Below are positions 1 through 8,854 of a DNA stretch of 54,150 bases, one piece after another (within the stretch, counting starts at the first letter, position 1; each line of letters starts with the position of its first letter). The notes beneath the pieces are model-generated. The model saw only the letters and a list, made by a program, of their open reading frames with translations, searched no databases and was not told the origin of the DNA. Made by a program: the position numbers and the translations under genes. This DNA comes from an uncultured bacterium (GTDB lineage Bacteria > Zixibacteria > MSB-5A5 > JAABVY01 > JAHJOQ01): positions 1 through 54,150 of the forward strand of contig CBDUQR010000016.1 of NCBI GenBank assembly GCA_965369655.1, read 5' to 3'.

Positions 1-144
1 GAAGGTCTACGCGAAGAAAATCCCAATGTCGCCAATTAACACAAGTTAGTACTAGGTCGGAGCATGGCACTCTACCTGTTCACCAAGTCACGGTCTTCCA
101 ACGGGTGCCATTTACTCTCGAATAGGTGCATCGTATCCCGAAGA

Positions 145-173
145 CGAACTCTGCAGAAGTTTGGGGAGAGTGA
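145..173 (+). repeat. 29-bp direct repeat, copy 1 (copy 2 at 2128-2156)
   Basis: CGAACTCTGCAGAAGTTTGGGGAGAGTGA vs CGAACTCCACAGAAGTTTGGGGAGAGTGA, 2 mismatches. Confidence 0.8.
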
Positions 174-438
174 TATTGGGGCCGCCATATTTTATTGGTC
201 GCGGAAGCGGCCTATTTTTGTTGCCATGCGTTTGGCTAAAGCGCCACGCTTATCATTCGTTGGCCGACCGCAAATTCGAGAAGTTTCGTCAATCTCACCA
301 GTAACATAAGTTACTTCTCGGATGTCGCGCGGATGGCCCAAGAGGTTCCTACCGGCTTTCGATTTTTCCTTGATTTTTCCAGGAATAGCTGCTATTCCTC
401 CATAGAGCGGTTTCATGTGAGGATAGAGGTGTGATTCC

Positions 439-1917
439 ATGAAAAGTGGTTTACTGCGTGTGATCGGACTGGCGCTGATTGTACTGGTAGCCCTTATCGG
501 TAAGGCTGTTGGCGATACTATTACAGCCAACACTGGTGGCTGCTTTTCAGCCGTGGTCGGTAAGGAGGTTTCCGCCGCCGGCTGGGTGATGATGGCTCAT
601 AACGAAGACGATTATATCCCGCAAATCGTCAATCATCACAAGGTGGCAAGACAAAAGCACGGTCCGGGCGCGACGGTCCAGCTAGTCAATGAGGGAACGC
701 TCGAACAGGTCCCGGAAACATGGTCGTACATTTGGTCGGAGATTCCGGGACTCCTGTTTTCGGACAGCTACCTCAATGAATGGGGCGTCTGCATCTGTTC
801 TGATGCTTGTCCCTCTCGCGAGGATAGTCCGGATCTGAAAGACGGCGGTATCTCCTACATGCTGCGCCGGATTGTGACCGAACGAGCGCGGACAGCTCGC
901 GAGGGAGTTCATATCGCCGGTGAACTGATCGAACGCTTTGGATACGCATCGTCGGGCCGGACCTATGTTATCAGCGACCCCAACGAGGGCTGGCTACTGG
1001 CTGCGGTCAATGGTAAACACTGGGTGGCACAACGCGTGCCCGATGACAGAGTGGCCCTGATTGCCAACACCTATACCATCCACGAAATCGACCTCGCCGA
1101 TTCTATGAATTATCTCGGATCCTCGGACATTATCGGCTACGCCGTACAGCGCGGGTGGTACGATTCTCAAATCGATGGGGAGTTCGACTTCGCTGCCGCC
1201 TACGCCGATCCCAAAGTTGCCGCCGACGAACGCAATATCGGACGGCAATGGGACGGGATCCGACTTCTGGCAGCAGATCCGCCTGAATACGGCGATCCGC
1301 TTCCATTTGCGATCGTTCCTAACGGCAAGGTCGATGTCGGTATGATTATGTCCGTCCTGCGCAGTCATTATGAGAATGCAGAATTGTATGGGACAGACAG
1401 TCTCGCTTGCCCGCATGGTAATAACGTGACGCCAATATGCCGCCACGATACCCAGACCAGCTTCATCGCGCAGCTACGCGGCAGCATGCCAACCGATATC
1501 GGCCTCGTTTACTGGGTATGTCTATCGTCGCCCTGTGTGTCAAGCTACATACCTTTTTACTTCGGAATGGAGACTTTCCCGCAGAGGTTCACCGGCTTAA
1601 GCGCGCAGCCCTCGAGAGATGACTATTTGCGACGCGTCGACCTTGCCTTCAAGGTCGATTCTTCCAGTGCATTCTGGACATTTACGCATCTTCGGCATAC
1701 GGTCGAAAACGACTATCCCGGTATTGCCGACCAAGTTCGCGCGATGTTTGACGCCGTCGAATCGGAGACTCTTGACGATCAGGCGACGGTTGAACGCGAG
1801 GCTGCCGCGTTATATGCCGATGATACGGCTCGAGCGATATCGATTCTGAGCGAATTCACACAATCCGTCATTGCTGATAACTGGGCCATTCTAAGAGAAC
1901 TGGAGCTTCACGAATGA
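439..1917 (+). CDS. Secreted peptidase family C69 (dipeptidase, Ntn-hydrolase fold)
   Basis: Signal peptide; N-terminal nucleophile Cys (GGCFSAVVGK), AHNED, NEWGV, ARTAREGV and WVAQRVPDD motifs; SD GAGGTG upstream. Confidence 0.85.
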   Translation: MKSGLLRVIGLALIVLVALIGKAVGDTITANTGGCFSAVVGKEVSAAGWVMMAHNEDDYIPQIVNHHKVARQKHGPGATVQLVNEGTLEQVPETWSYIWSEIPGLLFSDSYLNEWGVCICSDACPSREDSPDLKDGGISYMLRRIVTERARTAREGVHIAGELIERFGYASSGRTYVISDPNEGWLLAAVNGKHWVAQRVPDDRVALIANTYTIHEIDLADSMNYLGSSDIIGYAVQRGWYDSQIDGEFDFAAAYADPKVAADERNIGRQWDGIRLLAADPPEYGDPLPFAIVPNGKVDVGMIMSVLRSHYENAELYGTDSLACPHGNNVTPICRHDTQTSFIAQLRGSMPTDIGLVYWVCLSSPCVSSYIPFYFGMETFPQRFTGLSAQPSRDDYLRRVDLAFKVDSSSAFWTFTHLRHTVENDYPGIADQVRAMFDAVESETLDDQATVEREAAALYADDTARAISILSEFTQSVIADNWAILRELELHE

Positions 1918-2127
1918 TGTCTCGTAGTTGTTACTGGGCTCGGCTTGATTGGTGTATGCAGGGCTTTCCGGGCCGGCGCGGACGTCGGCCGGGCATGTGA
2001 ATTACGCGTCGGGTCATCCTTCATCTGTGACTCAGGGTCTTCGACAATTACCGGCGGAGTCGGTCTTATCCTATTGTCTTCCATCGTGTTCTGTTGATAT
2101 TGCTATAGGCTGCCCGGACCTCAAAAT

Positions 2128-2156
2128 CGAACTCCACAGAAGTTTGGGGAGAGTGA
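2128..2156 (+). repeat. 29-bp direct repeat, copy 2
   Basis: Matches 145-173 with 2 mismatches. Confidence 0.8.
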
Positions 2157-2466
2157 GGTCCACCCCGGATGTCAAATCCGTAGCGAAAACTCAAAGGTTC
2201 TGAGTTCTGCACGGTTCGGGGTACTCGTACCGAACTTGACTGGCCAATCTACATCAATCAAAATGTCCAGAAACCTGCTTCAAAATCAGAGACACAGGAA
2301 TATACATATCAACACCCCAGATAGGGGCTACTGGGTATATGGGGGGGATAGTTATTTCTACTGATGGCTATGTTTGTATTCACGATGTTCTTGTTGACTC
2401 ATAACCCAGGACTTATGACTATGCTAATTGAACATCTGATAAGCAGACTCCATGGAAGGAGATCAA

Positions 2467-2613
2467 ATGCCAGTATGCAAGACCAAGAAGAAAACAGCGA
2501 AGAAGAAAGTCAAGACGGTTCGCTGTGCAGGAAAGACGAAGGAAGGTAAGAGATGTAAGCGGATGGCAAGTCCGCCTTCCAAGTTCTGTCATGCACACAA
2601 GAGAAAGAGATAG
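2467..2613 (+). CDS. 48-aa basic CCCH Zn-finger microprotein (DUF5763-like); not in the ORF track
   Basis: My translation: MPVCKTKKKTAKKKVKTVRCAGKTKEGKRCKRMASPPSKFCHAHKRKR*. AAGGAG lies 5 nt before the ATG; C-x3-T-K-x-G-x-R-C-x9-C-x2-H motif; hairpin downstream. Confidence 0.75.
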   Translation: MPVCKTKKKTAKKKVKTVRCAGKTKEGKRCKRMASPPSKFCHAHKRKR

Positions 2614-2621
2614 AATCTCTA

Positions 2622-2667
2622 TTGAGTTCGGGGGAGTGGCTTCATGAGAAACACCCCCGGCACTCAG
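2622..2667 (+). terminator. GC-rich hairpin after the Zn-finger ORF
   Basis: TGAGTTCGGGGG...CCCCCGGCACTCA imperfect stem; no long U-tract. Confidence 0.4.
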
Positions 2668-2872
2668 ACTTGTGCCATATTGTGTCCACCGACCACCAAA
2701 ACAGACACAACTACACAAAACCAGACATAACCAAATAAAAAGACCTAAGTTAGTCTCCTATAACAACTTATGGTGTAATACGCTGTGTGACAACAAGTTG
2801 CGAATCAGGTGCCCGGAGAACTATGAATTCGTGGCTGATTCCTGATAATGAGAGCAATGCCCCAGTGCGTTC

Positions 2873-2920
2873 GCCCCTTAGTCTTGAAGGGCTCCATCCC
2901 CTCTCAAGACTGAGGGCGTC
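2873..2920. repeat. Long imperfect palindrome (REP-like hairpin)
   Basis: CGCCCCTTAGTCTTGAAGGG-CTCCAT-CCCCTCTCAAGACTGAGGGCG. Confidence 0.55.
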
Positions 2921-3313
2921 CCAGGAGTAGCCATTAATTATCCTATATCACCTTATTAGCCTGCCATTCAGAAACCACTCCCGCTCCTCCCAAAAGGACT
3001 CCGGGACCCAGTACGCCGAAGAGTGCTTCGGCGACTGATGCCGGAACTGCAAGGGAGTTCTATTGCCCAGTGTTCATCACGAAAACATGCTGACGGACTC
3101 AACGTTTGGGTTCCTCTTGGGCAACTTCGGTGTGACTATTGTGTGCCCTATGTTCCACAATTCCGAGAGAAACCCGCGCGGAGGGCGGGCCACCCGGGGT
3201 TGTAATCTTCGTGCGAGATTGAAAGGATTTGGGTGGGGACTAGTTGATTCCTTAGGCTTGTAGACAGTAGAGTTTGTTTCGGTCTTGCCGAGCATACATG
3301 AATTGCACACCTA

Positions 3314-4048
3314 TTACATGAAGGGATGAGTTCGTGAGGATTCGTCAGTCGCTCGACTTGACAACCTATTCTCTATCGAGGTGATAACAAGTTCCATCGC
3401 TCTGGCATTGCTTTCCTCAATTGACTCATCGCAACCCTTGAACAACTGTACATTGATTCCGGCATTATTCCAGATGTCAGCTTCGGCAGTTATCGACTCC
3501 GATAATTTAGCCAAACCCTTCTCCGTTGATACCAAACTATCCCCGCTAAAAAGCCGCCTTTGACGGTGACGGCGAATAATGAGGTCACTGTTGCCAACGA
3601 ATGCAAGAATTAGAATGTGACTCCTGATCCATGTCTGGGCCATAGCTAAGCTGCGAAAGAGGTCCAATGTCGTTGGATCAACCAGTCCGGCATCCGACTT
3701 CACTTTAAGCCACACTGTCGAATCAAACAGACCACGATCTGCAACTACAAATTTAGCGGGAGTACGCTTTATCTCTAGATAGTTCTTCAGAAACGACAAC
3801 AGCGTCCAAGCACTAAACTCAAAGCTCCACCTGTCCCAAATCGGTGACGAATGTGTTGCATATGAGGACAGTACAGTAGCATAGCCAGTTTTTTTGAGGA
3901 GGTCAATGAACGAGTTAGCGAATGTCGTCTTGCCCAGTCGTGGCATACCGGCGAGCTCAATAATCAACGGGTATTCAGATTCCGGTAACTCAACCATTCC
4001 AGAACGCAATCTGTCTTCCCAGGCATTTCGTTGATTCTTGTCAGCCAC
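3314..4048 (-). CDS. P-loop nucleoside/nucleotide kinase-like protein (dNMP/thymidylate-kinase fold)
   Basis: IIELAGMPRLGKTT Walker A, VVADRGLFD (DR motif of TMK/dNK fold), basic lid RRHRQRR; SD GGAGG + GTG. Confidence 0.75.
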   Translation of the reverse strand: MADKNQRNAWEDRLRSGMVELPESEYPLIIELAGMPRLGKTTFANSFIDLLKKTGYATVLSSYATHSSPIWDRWSFEFSAWTLLSFLKNYLEIKRTPAKFVVADRGLFDSTVWLKVKSDAGLVDPTTLDLFRSLAMAQTWIRSHILILAFVGNSDLIIRRHRQRRLFSGDSLVSTEKGLAKLSESITAEADIWNNAGINVQLFKGCDESIEESNARAMELVITSIENRLSSRATDESSRTHPFM

Positions 4049-4075
4049 TTTAGTACCTCCGTTGAATTGGGCGAA

Positions 4076-4624
4076 TTAGCTCAAGCAATTGTACAGGTCC
4101 TTGATTCCGTGGAAGTACCCACGGAGAACCGTCTTCCATGTCATCAGTAACAATACTGCGAAGAACCCGGAACAGACCGCAATCAGCCAAGACAGTGTCC
4201 CCGAAACCTCATCACTGCCAAACACGGCTATCACTATCCATAAGACCGCTGCAAACAGGAAATTCACTGCACAAGCACGTGCAGTCCGGACCACACTTCG
4301 CCTATAACCAAGATACTCGCTGGCACTACTTGAGCGGGATATAACGGTATTTAATTGATTATGATAGCTGACAGCAGGTTTGTTGCCAAAGACGTCGTTT
4401 CTCCATTTGTCGTTCCATCGATTGGTGAGGCTATCAGCAAGTCGGCTTACTGCAATACCCAAGATGTAGGCAAACGCCAAGATAAATGGAATTGAAGCAG
4501 TTCCCGCATTTGACAACTGCGTGATCGCTTTCCCATCAAGTGCAAGCAAGGCAATCGGCGTAAGCCATATCGAAGACACTATGCCAATCACAAGAAAATC
4601 GACAATTAGGTTAGTCGTTGCCAC
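4076..4624 (-). CDS. Hypothetical 4-TM membrane protein
   Basis: Two hydrophobic helix pairs separated by a soluble loop; SD GGAGG + GTG; 27 nt upstream of the kinase. Confidence 0.75.
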   Translation of the reverse strand: MATTNLIVDFLVIGIVSSIWLTPIALLALDGKAITQLSNAGTASIPFILAFAYILGIAVSRLADSLTNRWNDKWRNDVFGNKPAVSYHNQLNTVISRSSSASEYLGYRRSVVRTARACAVNFLFAAVLWIVIAVFGSDEVSGTLSWLIAVCSGFFAVLLLMTWKTVLRGYFHGIKDLYNCLS

Positions 4625-5193
4625 CTAGTACCTCCTGAAGAGTAACTTGCATAATACATACTCCCGTGTTCATTATATCCAATGAGGTTGCTCCTATTGA
4701 TACAGTCTTACGGCGGCCACCTAATGCCTGTCTGAGACTTCGGAGGAAATGTAAGTCAGTGTCTTGAGAGAATTCCATTTGAATTCTTACCTGCCTCACC
4801 AAAGCACTCGAATCAAGAATCGAGTTCCTCAACTACAGACGGAACTGGGGAGCGTGACGCGCCCTTGCGAGAAAGATCTAAGTGCGCTCTTTGTCTAAGT
4901 TCTGCCAGTGAAGGTCTTGAGAAAATGCGACTTCGGCCTCTGGCTTTCTTTCTTCTTGTCATGGCCGTACTGCCTCGCTTATTCAATCCAACATAATGTT
5001 ATACAGCGCACTTTCGTAGCAATCTATCCTACTTGATAGTAAATGTCAACAAACTGGTGGCATCACACGGTTGAGTCAGGGTCTTGACAGCACCTGAGGG
5101 CCAATTTGATGAACAGTATTCACTCACATTCGAAACAGTTGTTTTCTAGTATTTTTCTAACAGAACAAGCCGGAACAACAGATAATAAGAGAA

Positions 5194-5308
5194 AACACCA
5201 GACAAATGGCTCAAGCTAAGTTCTTGCTGTTATTATCCGTTAGTGTCTGGTGTTCCCGCTCTTTGGACAGATTCAAGGGCTCATAACCGGAAGGTCGGTG
5301 AATCGAGT
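5194..5308 (+). mobile_element. Putative integrative-element end scar: inverted repeat followed by a degenerate tRNA-Met(CAT) 3' fragment
   Basis: AACACCAGACA (5194-5204) / TGTCTGGTGTT (5244-5254) flank CTAAGTT...GTTAG. GGGCTCATAACCGGAAGGTCGGTGAATCGAGT (5277-5308) resembles the anticodon-to-T-arm part of tRNA-Met. Confidence 0.5.
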
Positions 5309-5864
5309 GTTCAGCTCTGTACTTATCTGCGGCATCCCGATCCGCTGAAAGAGTTCTGACGGTATCTAAGCTCATATCGCTGCAATCAGGCCGCCCTTCG
5401 CTTTAAGGTCACGATCACTTCAAACGGGATGGATACTCCAATAGCGTTGCAAGTCCCTGCACCGCTATACAACAGTATTGGAATTCTTGCATCGTCAATC
5501 CTAACTGGCCTTCAACCATCCGGTTATCGTCGGACATAATTCCGACACTTTGGCGAATAGCGGGCCCCCGCTTTGGACCACTGGATTCCCGGTTTTGCTG
5601 AAAGGGGATCGACGGTACGTAGGTGTGTGCCAAGAGTATTTGCGCCAAGAAATCTGACGGTGTGTGCCTGCATTTGCACATGTATTATCCGCTCAAAGCC
5701 GAGCAGGAACAGTGAACTCCTTCTCAACATATTCTGTGTGTGTCGGTTTCAGCATAGTCCAGACCTCCGGCATTTTGTCTCTCAGCATCACCCGTGACTA
5801 AGCTGCCTCGGGTTTATGTAGTGTCTCGGATTCAGAGAATATCCGAGTCAGAGGAAATCAAGTA

Positions 5865-6482
5865 GTGTTTGCGGCGTTCATATTGAAGGCGATATTCCTG
5901 TCTTTCTCAGGTGTGATGGCTCCGGGGCCACTCACCGCGGTCACTGTTGCGCATGGCAGTCGATCTCAGCATGCAGGTGTGTGGATCGCGATCGGTCATG
6001 GGATCGTCGAGTTTCCACTGATGGTGGTAGTATTCCTGGGGTTCGAGTATGTTTTTACATCGCCGCATGCGAAAGCCGTGATAGGACTTGTAGGAGGGCT
6101 CTTTCTCTTCTTTCTGGCATACGGCATGTTTCGCAGCATCGCTAAGGCGGATGTCGGAGGCAATGGAGCATTCAGATCACCAGTCGTGGCTGGTGTAGTT
6201 CTCACGATAGCAAATCCGTATTTCCTCATCTGGTGGGCGACTGTCGGGGCGTCACTGATAATCGCAGCGGTCGAATTTGGAGCCATCGGTGTTGTCGTTT
6301 TTGCGATATTCCACTGGCTCTGTGATTTTGTCTGGTGTTACTTCCTGTCGGCGCTTTCATTCAGGGGTGGACGATTCTTCGGCAACAAGTTTCAGAAAAT
6401 TGTATTCGGAGTCTGCGGAGTTTTCCTGATTATCATGGGCGGCAAGTTCGTTGTCGATGCTGTCGGTGTGCTCACCCTGTAG
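5865..6482 (+). CDS. LysE family translocator
   Basis: SGVMAPGPLT, GHGIVE and NPYFLIWWAT motifs; about 6 TM helices. Confidence 0.85.
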   Translation: MFAAFILKAIFLSFSGVMAPGPLTAVTVAHGSRSQHAGVWIAIGHGIVEFPLMVVVFLGFEYVFTSPHAKAVIGLVGGLFLFFLAYGMFRSIAKADVGGNGAFRSPVVAGVVLTIANPYFLIWWATVGASLIIAAVEFGAIGVVVFAIFHWLCDFVWCYFLSALSFRGGRFFGNKFQKIVFGVCGVFLIIMGGKFVVDAVGVLTL

Positions 6483-6577
6483 CATTTCGCCCACGAGTCG
6501 GGACAATGATGCGCGTGGAGACCGGCTCCCATCTTGACAAATCCGCACACATTCATTACACTCGGTTTCGACTGGTA

Positions 6578-6878
6578 TACTGTGGGCGGCAGACATCCTC
6601 GCAAGTCCTGAGCTTCGAAGGGTCTGCCACATCCTGATATTGGTATCGGCAGATGTGGAGAGGTTATCCCAAAAGACGCGAAAGGTGGGTAATCGTGTTT
6701 GCGAAAGAAAGTAGCGTCATTCCCGCGAAGGCGGGAATCTATTGAATGCGTTATCGTTGAATAGACTCCCGTGATATCCTGAGCAAAGCGAAGGGCCTTC
6801 GCGGGAGTGACAGAGTCGGTTTCCCACATGAGCTACTCAGCACTTTTGGGACAGCCTCTGGACATTTGCCCGGCACGG
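6578..6878. repeat. Composite REP-like element (GGCAGAC/GGCAGATG family) interrupted by a micro-insert and a MITE
   Basis: Colinear with the reverse complement of 11030-11105 once 6601-6621 and 6660-6862 are removed. Confidence 0.8.
6660..6858. mobile_element. MITE, 199 bp, 16-bp terminal inverted repeats, 4-bp target duplication TGGA
   Basis: Left GAGGTTATCCCAAAAG, right CTTTTGGGACAGCCTC (2 mismatches); TGGA at 6656-6659 and 6859-6862; internal GTCATTCCCGCGAAGGCGGGAATC palindromic repeat. Confidence 0.8.
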
Positions 6879-6904
6879 AAATCCCTAATTATGGAGGCGG
6901 AATA

Positions 6905-8437
6905 ATGCAGATAGATAATCTCGACAAGATTCTCAAAGAACTCGGAATCGAGAAGACGAATCTCGGCACGTCCGATGGTTCGGGCTGGTTTGCCAACGGC
7001 GCAGAGACACAGAGCATATCGCCGATCAATGGTCAGGTGATTGCAAAAGTCAAACAGGCGAACGCTGACGACTACAACAAGATCGTCGAGTCTGCGCAGA
7101 AGGCGTTCGCAATCTGGCGCGAAGTGCCTGCTCCCAAGCGCGGAGAAATCGTTCGGCAGCTCGGCGTCGCGCTGCGTGAGAAAAAAGACGCTCTCGGGTC
7201 GCTCGTGACAGCAGAGATGGGCAAGTCGATACAGGAGGGCAAAGGCGAAGTCCAGGAGATGATCGACATCTGCGATTATGCCTGTGGCCAGTCGCGGATG
7301 CTCTACGGCGTCCAGACCCACAGCGAGCGCGCATATCACCGGATGTACGAGCAGTGGCATCCGCTCGGAGTGGTCGGCATCATCAGCGCATTCAATTTTC
7401 CCGTCGCTGTCTGGGCATGGAATCTCGCAATCGCGCTTGTCTGCGGCGATGTCTGCGTGTGGAAACCGGCGTCACCGACACCGTTGACTGCGATTGCCTG
7501 TCAGAAAATCTGGGAGAAGGTCGCGAAGGCTAATAATCTTCCTGCCGGAATCTCATCGTTGTTCATCGGTAAAGGTTCGGAAGTCGGCGAGCTTCTCCTG
7601 AATGACAACAGGGTGCCACTTGTCAGCTACACCGGTTCGACGCGCATCGGTCGACGTATCGCCGAGGTTGTCGCCAAACGATTCGGCAGGACAATTCTCG
7701 AACTCGGCGGCAACAACGCGCTGATCGTCACACCTGCTGCTGATCTCGAACTTGCGTGCAAAGCAGTTCTATTCGGCGCTGTTGGAACTACAGGCCAGCG
7801 ATGCACGACGACGCGCCGTGTGATAGTCGAAGCGTCGATCTATGATAAGCTCGTCTCGACTCTTGAGCGCTACTACGGCAAGCTGACATACGGCAATCCC
7901 TTCGACGAGTCGAATCTCGTGGGGCCGATGGTCAACACGGGAGCCGTCGACGTGTATCTCGAAGCGATTGAGATCGTCAAGAAGCAGGGTGGAAAAATTC
8001 TCTGGGGTGGCGAGAAGATCGACAACGAGGGCGGATGCTATGCGAAGGCAACCGTAGCTGAAGTCACTAATGATCTGGAGATCGTGCAGGATGAGACATT
8101 CGCGCCGCTGTTGTATCTTATCAAGTATGAAGGCGATGTGAAGAATGCAATCGCAATTCAGAACGATGTCCCGCAGGGATTGAGTTCGTCGATCTTCACG
8201 AATGACATGATCGAATCGGAGAAATTCCTGTCGTGCGCAGGTTCGGACTGCGGCATTGCGAATGTCAACGTCGGAACATCCGGCGCGGAGATCGGGCTTG
8301 CGTTTGGTGGCGAGAAAGAGACCGGCGGCGGACGTGAATCGGGCAGTGACGCCTGGAAAGTCTACATGCGTCGCCAGTCGAACACGATCAACTGGTCCGG
8401 CGGTATGGAACTGGCGCAGGGGATAGAATTCGATTGA
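6905..8437 (+). CDS. Aldehyde dehydrogenase, ALDH7 / piperideine-6-carboxylate dehydrogenase-like
   Basis: PAPKRGEIVRQ, ISAFNFPVAVW, LELGGNNA, GQRCTT (catalytic Cys), FGGEKETGGGRESGSDAWK; ATG 6905 after GGAGG preferred to the ORF-track start 6866. Confidence 0.9.
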   Translation: MQIDNLDKILKELGIEKTNLGTSDGSGWFANGAETQSISPINGQVIAKVKQANADDYNKIVESAQKAFAIWREVPAPKRGEIVRQLGVALREKKDALGSLVTAEMGKSIQEGKGEVQEMIDICDYACGQSRMLYGVQTHSERAYHRMYEQWHPLGVVGIISAFNFPVAVWAWNLAIALVCGDVCVWKPASPTPLTAIACQKIWEKVAKANNLPAGISSLFIGKGSEVGELLLNDNRVPLVSYTGSTRIGRRIAEVVAKRFGRTILELGGNNALIVTPAADLELACKAVLFGAVGTTGQRCTTTRRVIVEASIYDKLVSTLERYYGKLTYGNPFDESNLVGPMVNTGAVDVYLEAIEIVKKQGGKILWGGEKIDNEGGCYAKATVAEVTNDLEIVQDETFAPLLYLIKYEGDVKNAIAIQNDVPQGLSSSIFTNDMIESEKFLSCAGSDCGIANVNVGTSGAEIGLAFGGEKETGGGRESGSDAWKVYMRRQSNTINWSGGMELAQGIEFD

Positions 8438-8570
8438 TGCAGGAGAATCACTGCTCTGCCCACCTTCGTGGGACTCGATAAGTGGCACACTCAGGATATG
8501 CGCGGGCCTAGGGTTACGCACAATTTCATCCCGGTCTGTCTATGATTGAACTACCTGGGGAGTAACATGC

Positions 8571-8665
8571 AAGCTCACGCCCACTTGCATGCCCTGAATG
8601 CGACGGGGGGGGCGTGACGACGTGGAGAAAAGCTATTCCTCACGCCCCGAGCGGGCGTGAGCTAC
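8571..8665. repeat. REP-like doublet (GTAG-type, GCTCACGCCC...GGGCGTGA)
   Basis: Two inverted copies of the palindrome; the right copy ends in GCTAC; the left copy carries a 22-nt insert. Confidence 0.65.
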
Positions 8666-8854
8666 ACTTCTGGCCAAGACTGAAGCCCGCCTGCAATTAT
8701 TGCATGTGGGCTTTGTGTTTGTATATCGCGCTCACAATTGTCTATCTTCTCTTATCCCTGCTTGACAAATCAGATCAGTATTTAGTAATTGCCTGCCTGA
8801 TTGCATAGCCTCAGCAACGACACCTGACAAGGCCTTATGCGGCGGGAGAATGTC

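Noticed and set aside
1-55. Possible 3' end of an upstream gene
   Set aside because: Two frames are open for only 12-15 codons; no way to choose a frame or product
2364-2549. 61-aa ORF from the track
   Set aside because: Overlaps the Zn-finger ORF in another frame, which has the SD and a recognisable motif
2798-2835. TTGCGAATCAGGTGC and AACTATGAATTCGT as reverse tRNA anticodon-arm fragments
   Set aside because: Too short and degenerate to support on their own
4813-4962. 49-aa basic minus-strand ORF (MTRRKKARGRSR...)
   Set aside because: Weak SD and no motif; may be a truncated gene start but cannot be supported
5380-5800. Short ORFs or a pseudogene fragment before lysE
   Set aside because: No recognisable family; several frames are equally weak
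8463-8501. CCTTCG...CTCAGGATATGC (and CCTTC...CTCAGGG at 2018-2037) as further micro-insert copies
   Set aside because: Spacer length is atypical and the host palindrome cannot be cleanly restored; left out of the count
8440-8850. Cobalamin or SAM riboswitch upstream of the methyltransferase cluster
   Set aside because: No B12-box or SAM-I core found; the structure present is explained by a REP doublet
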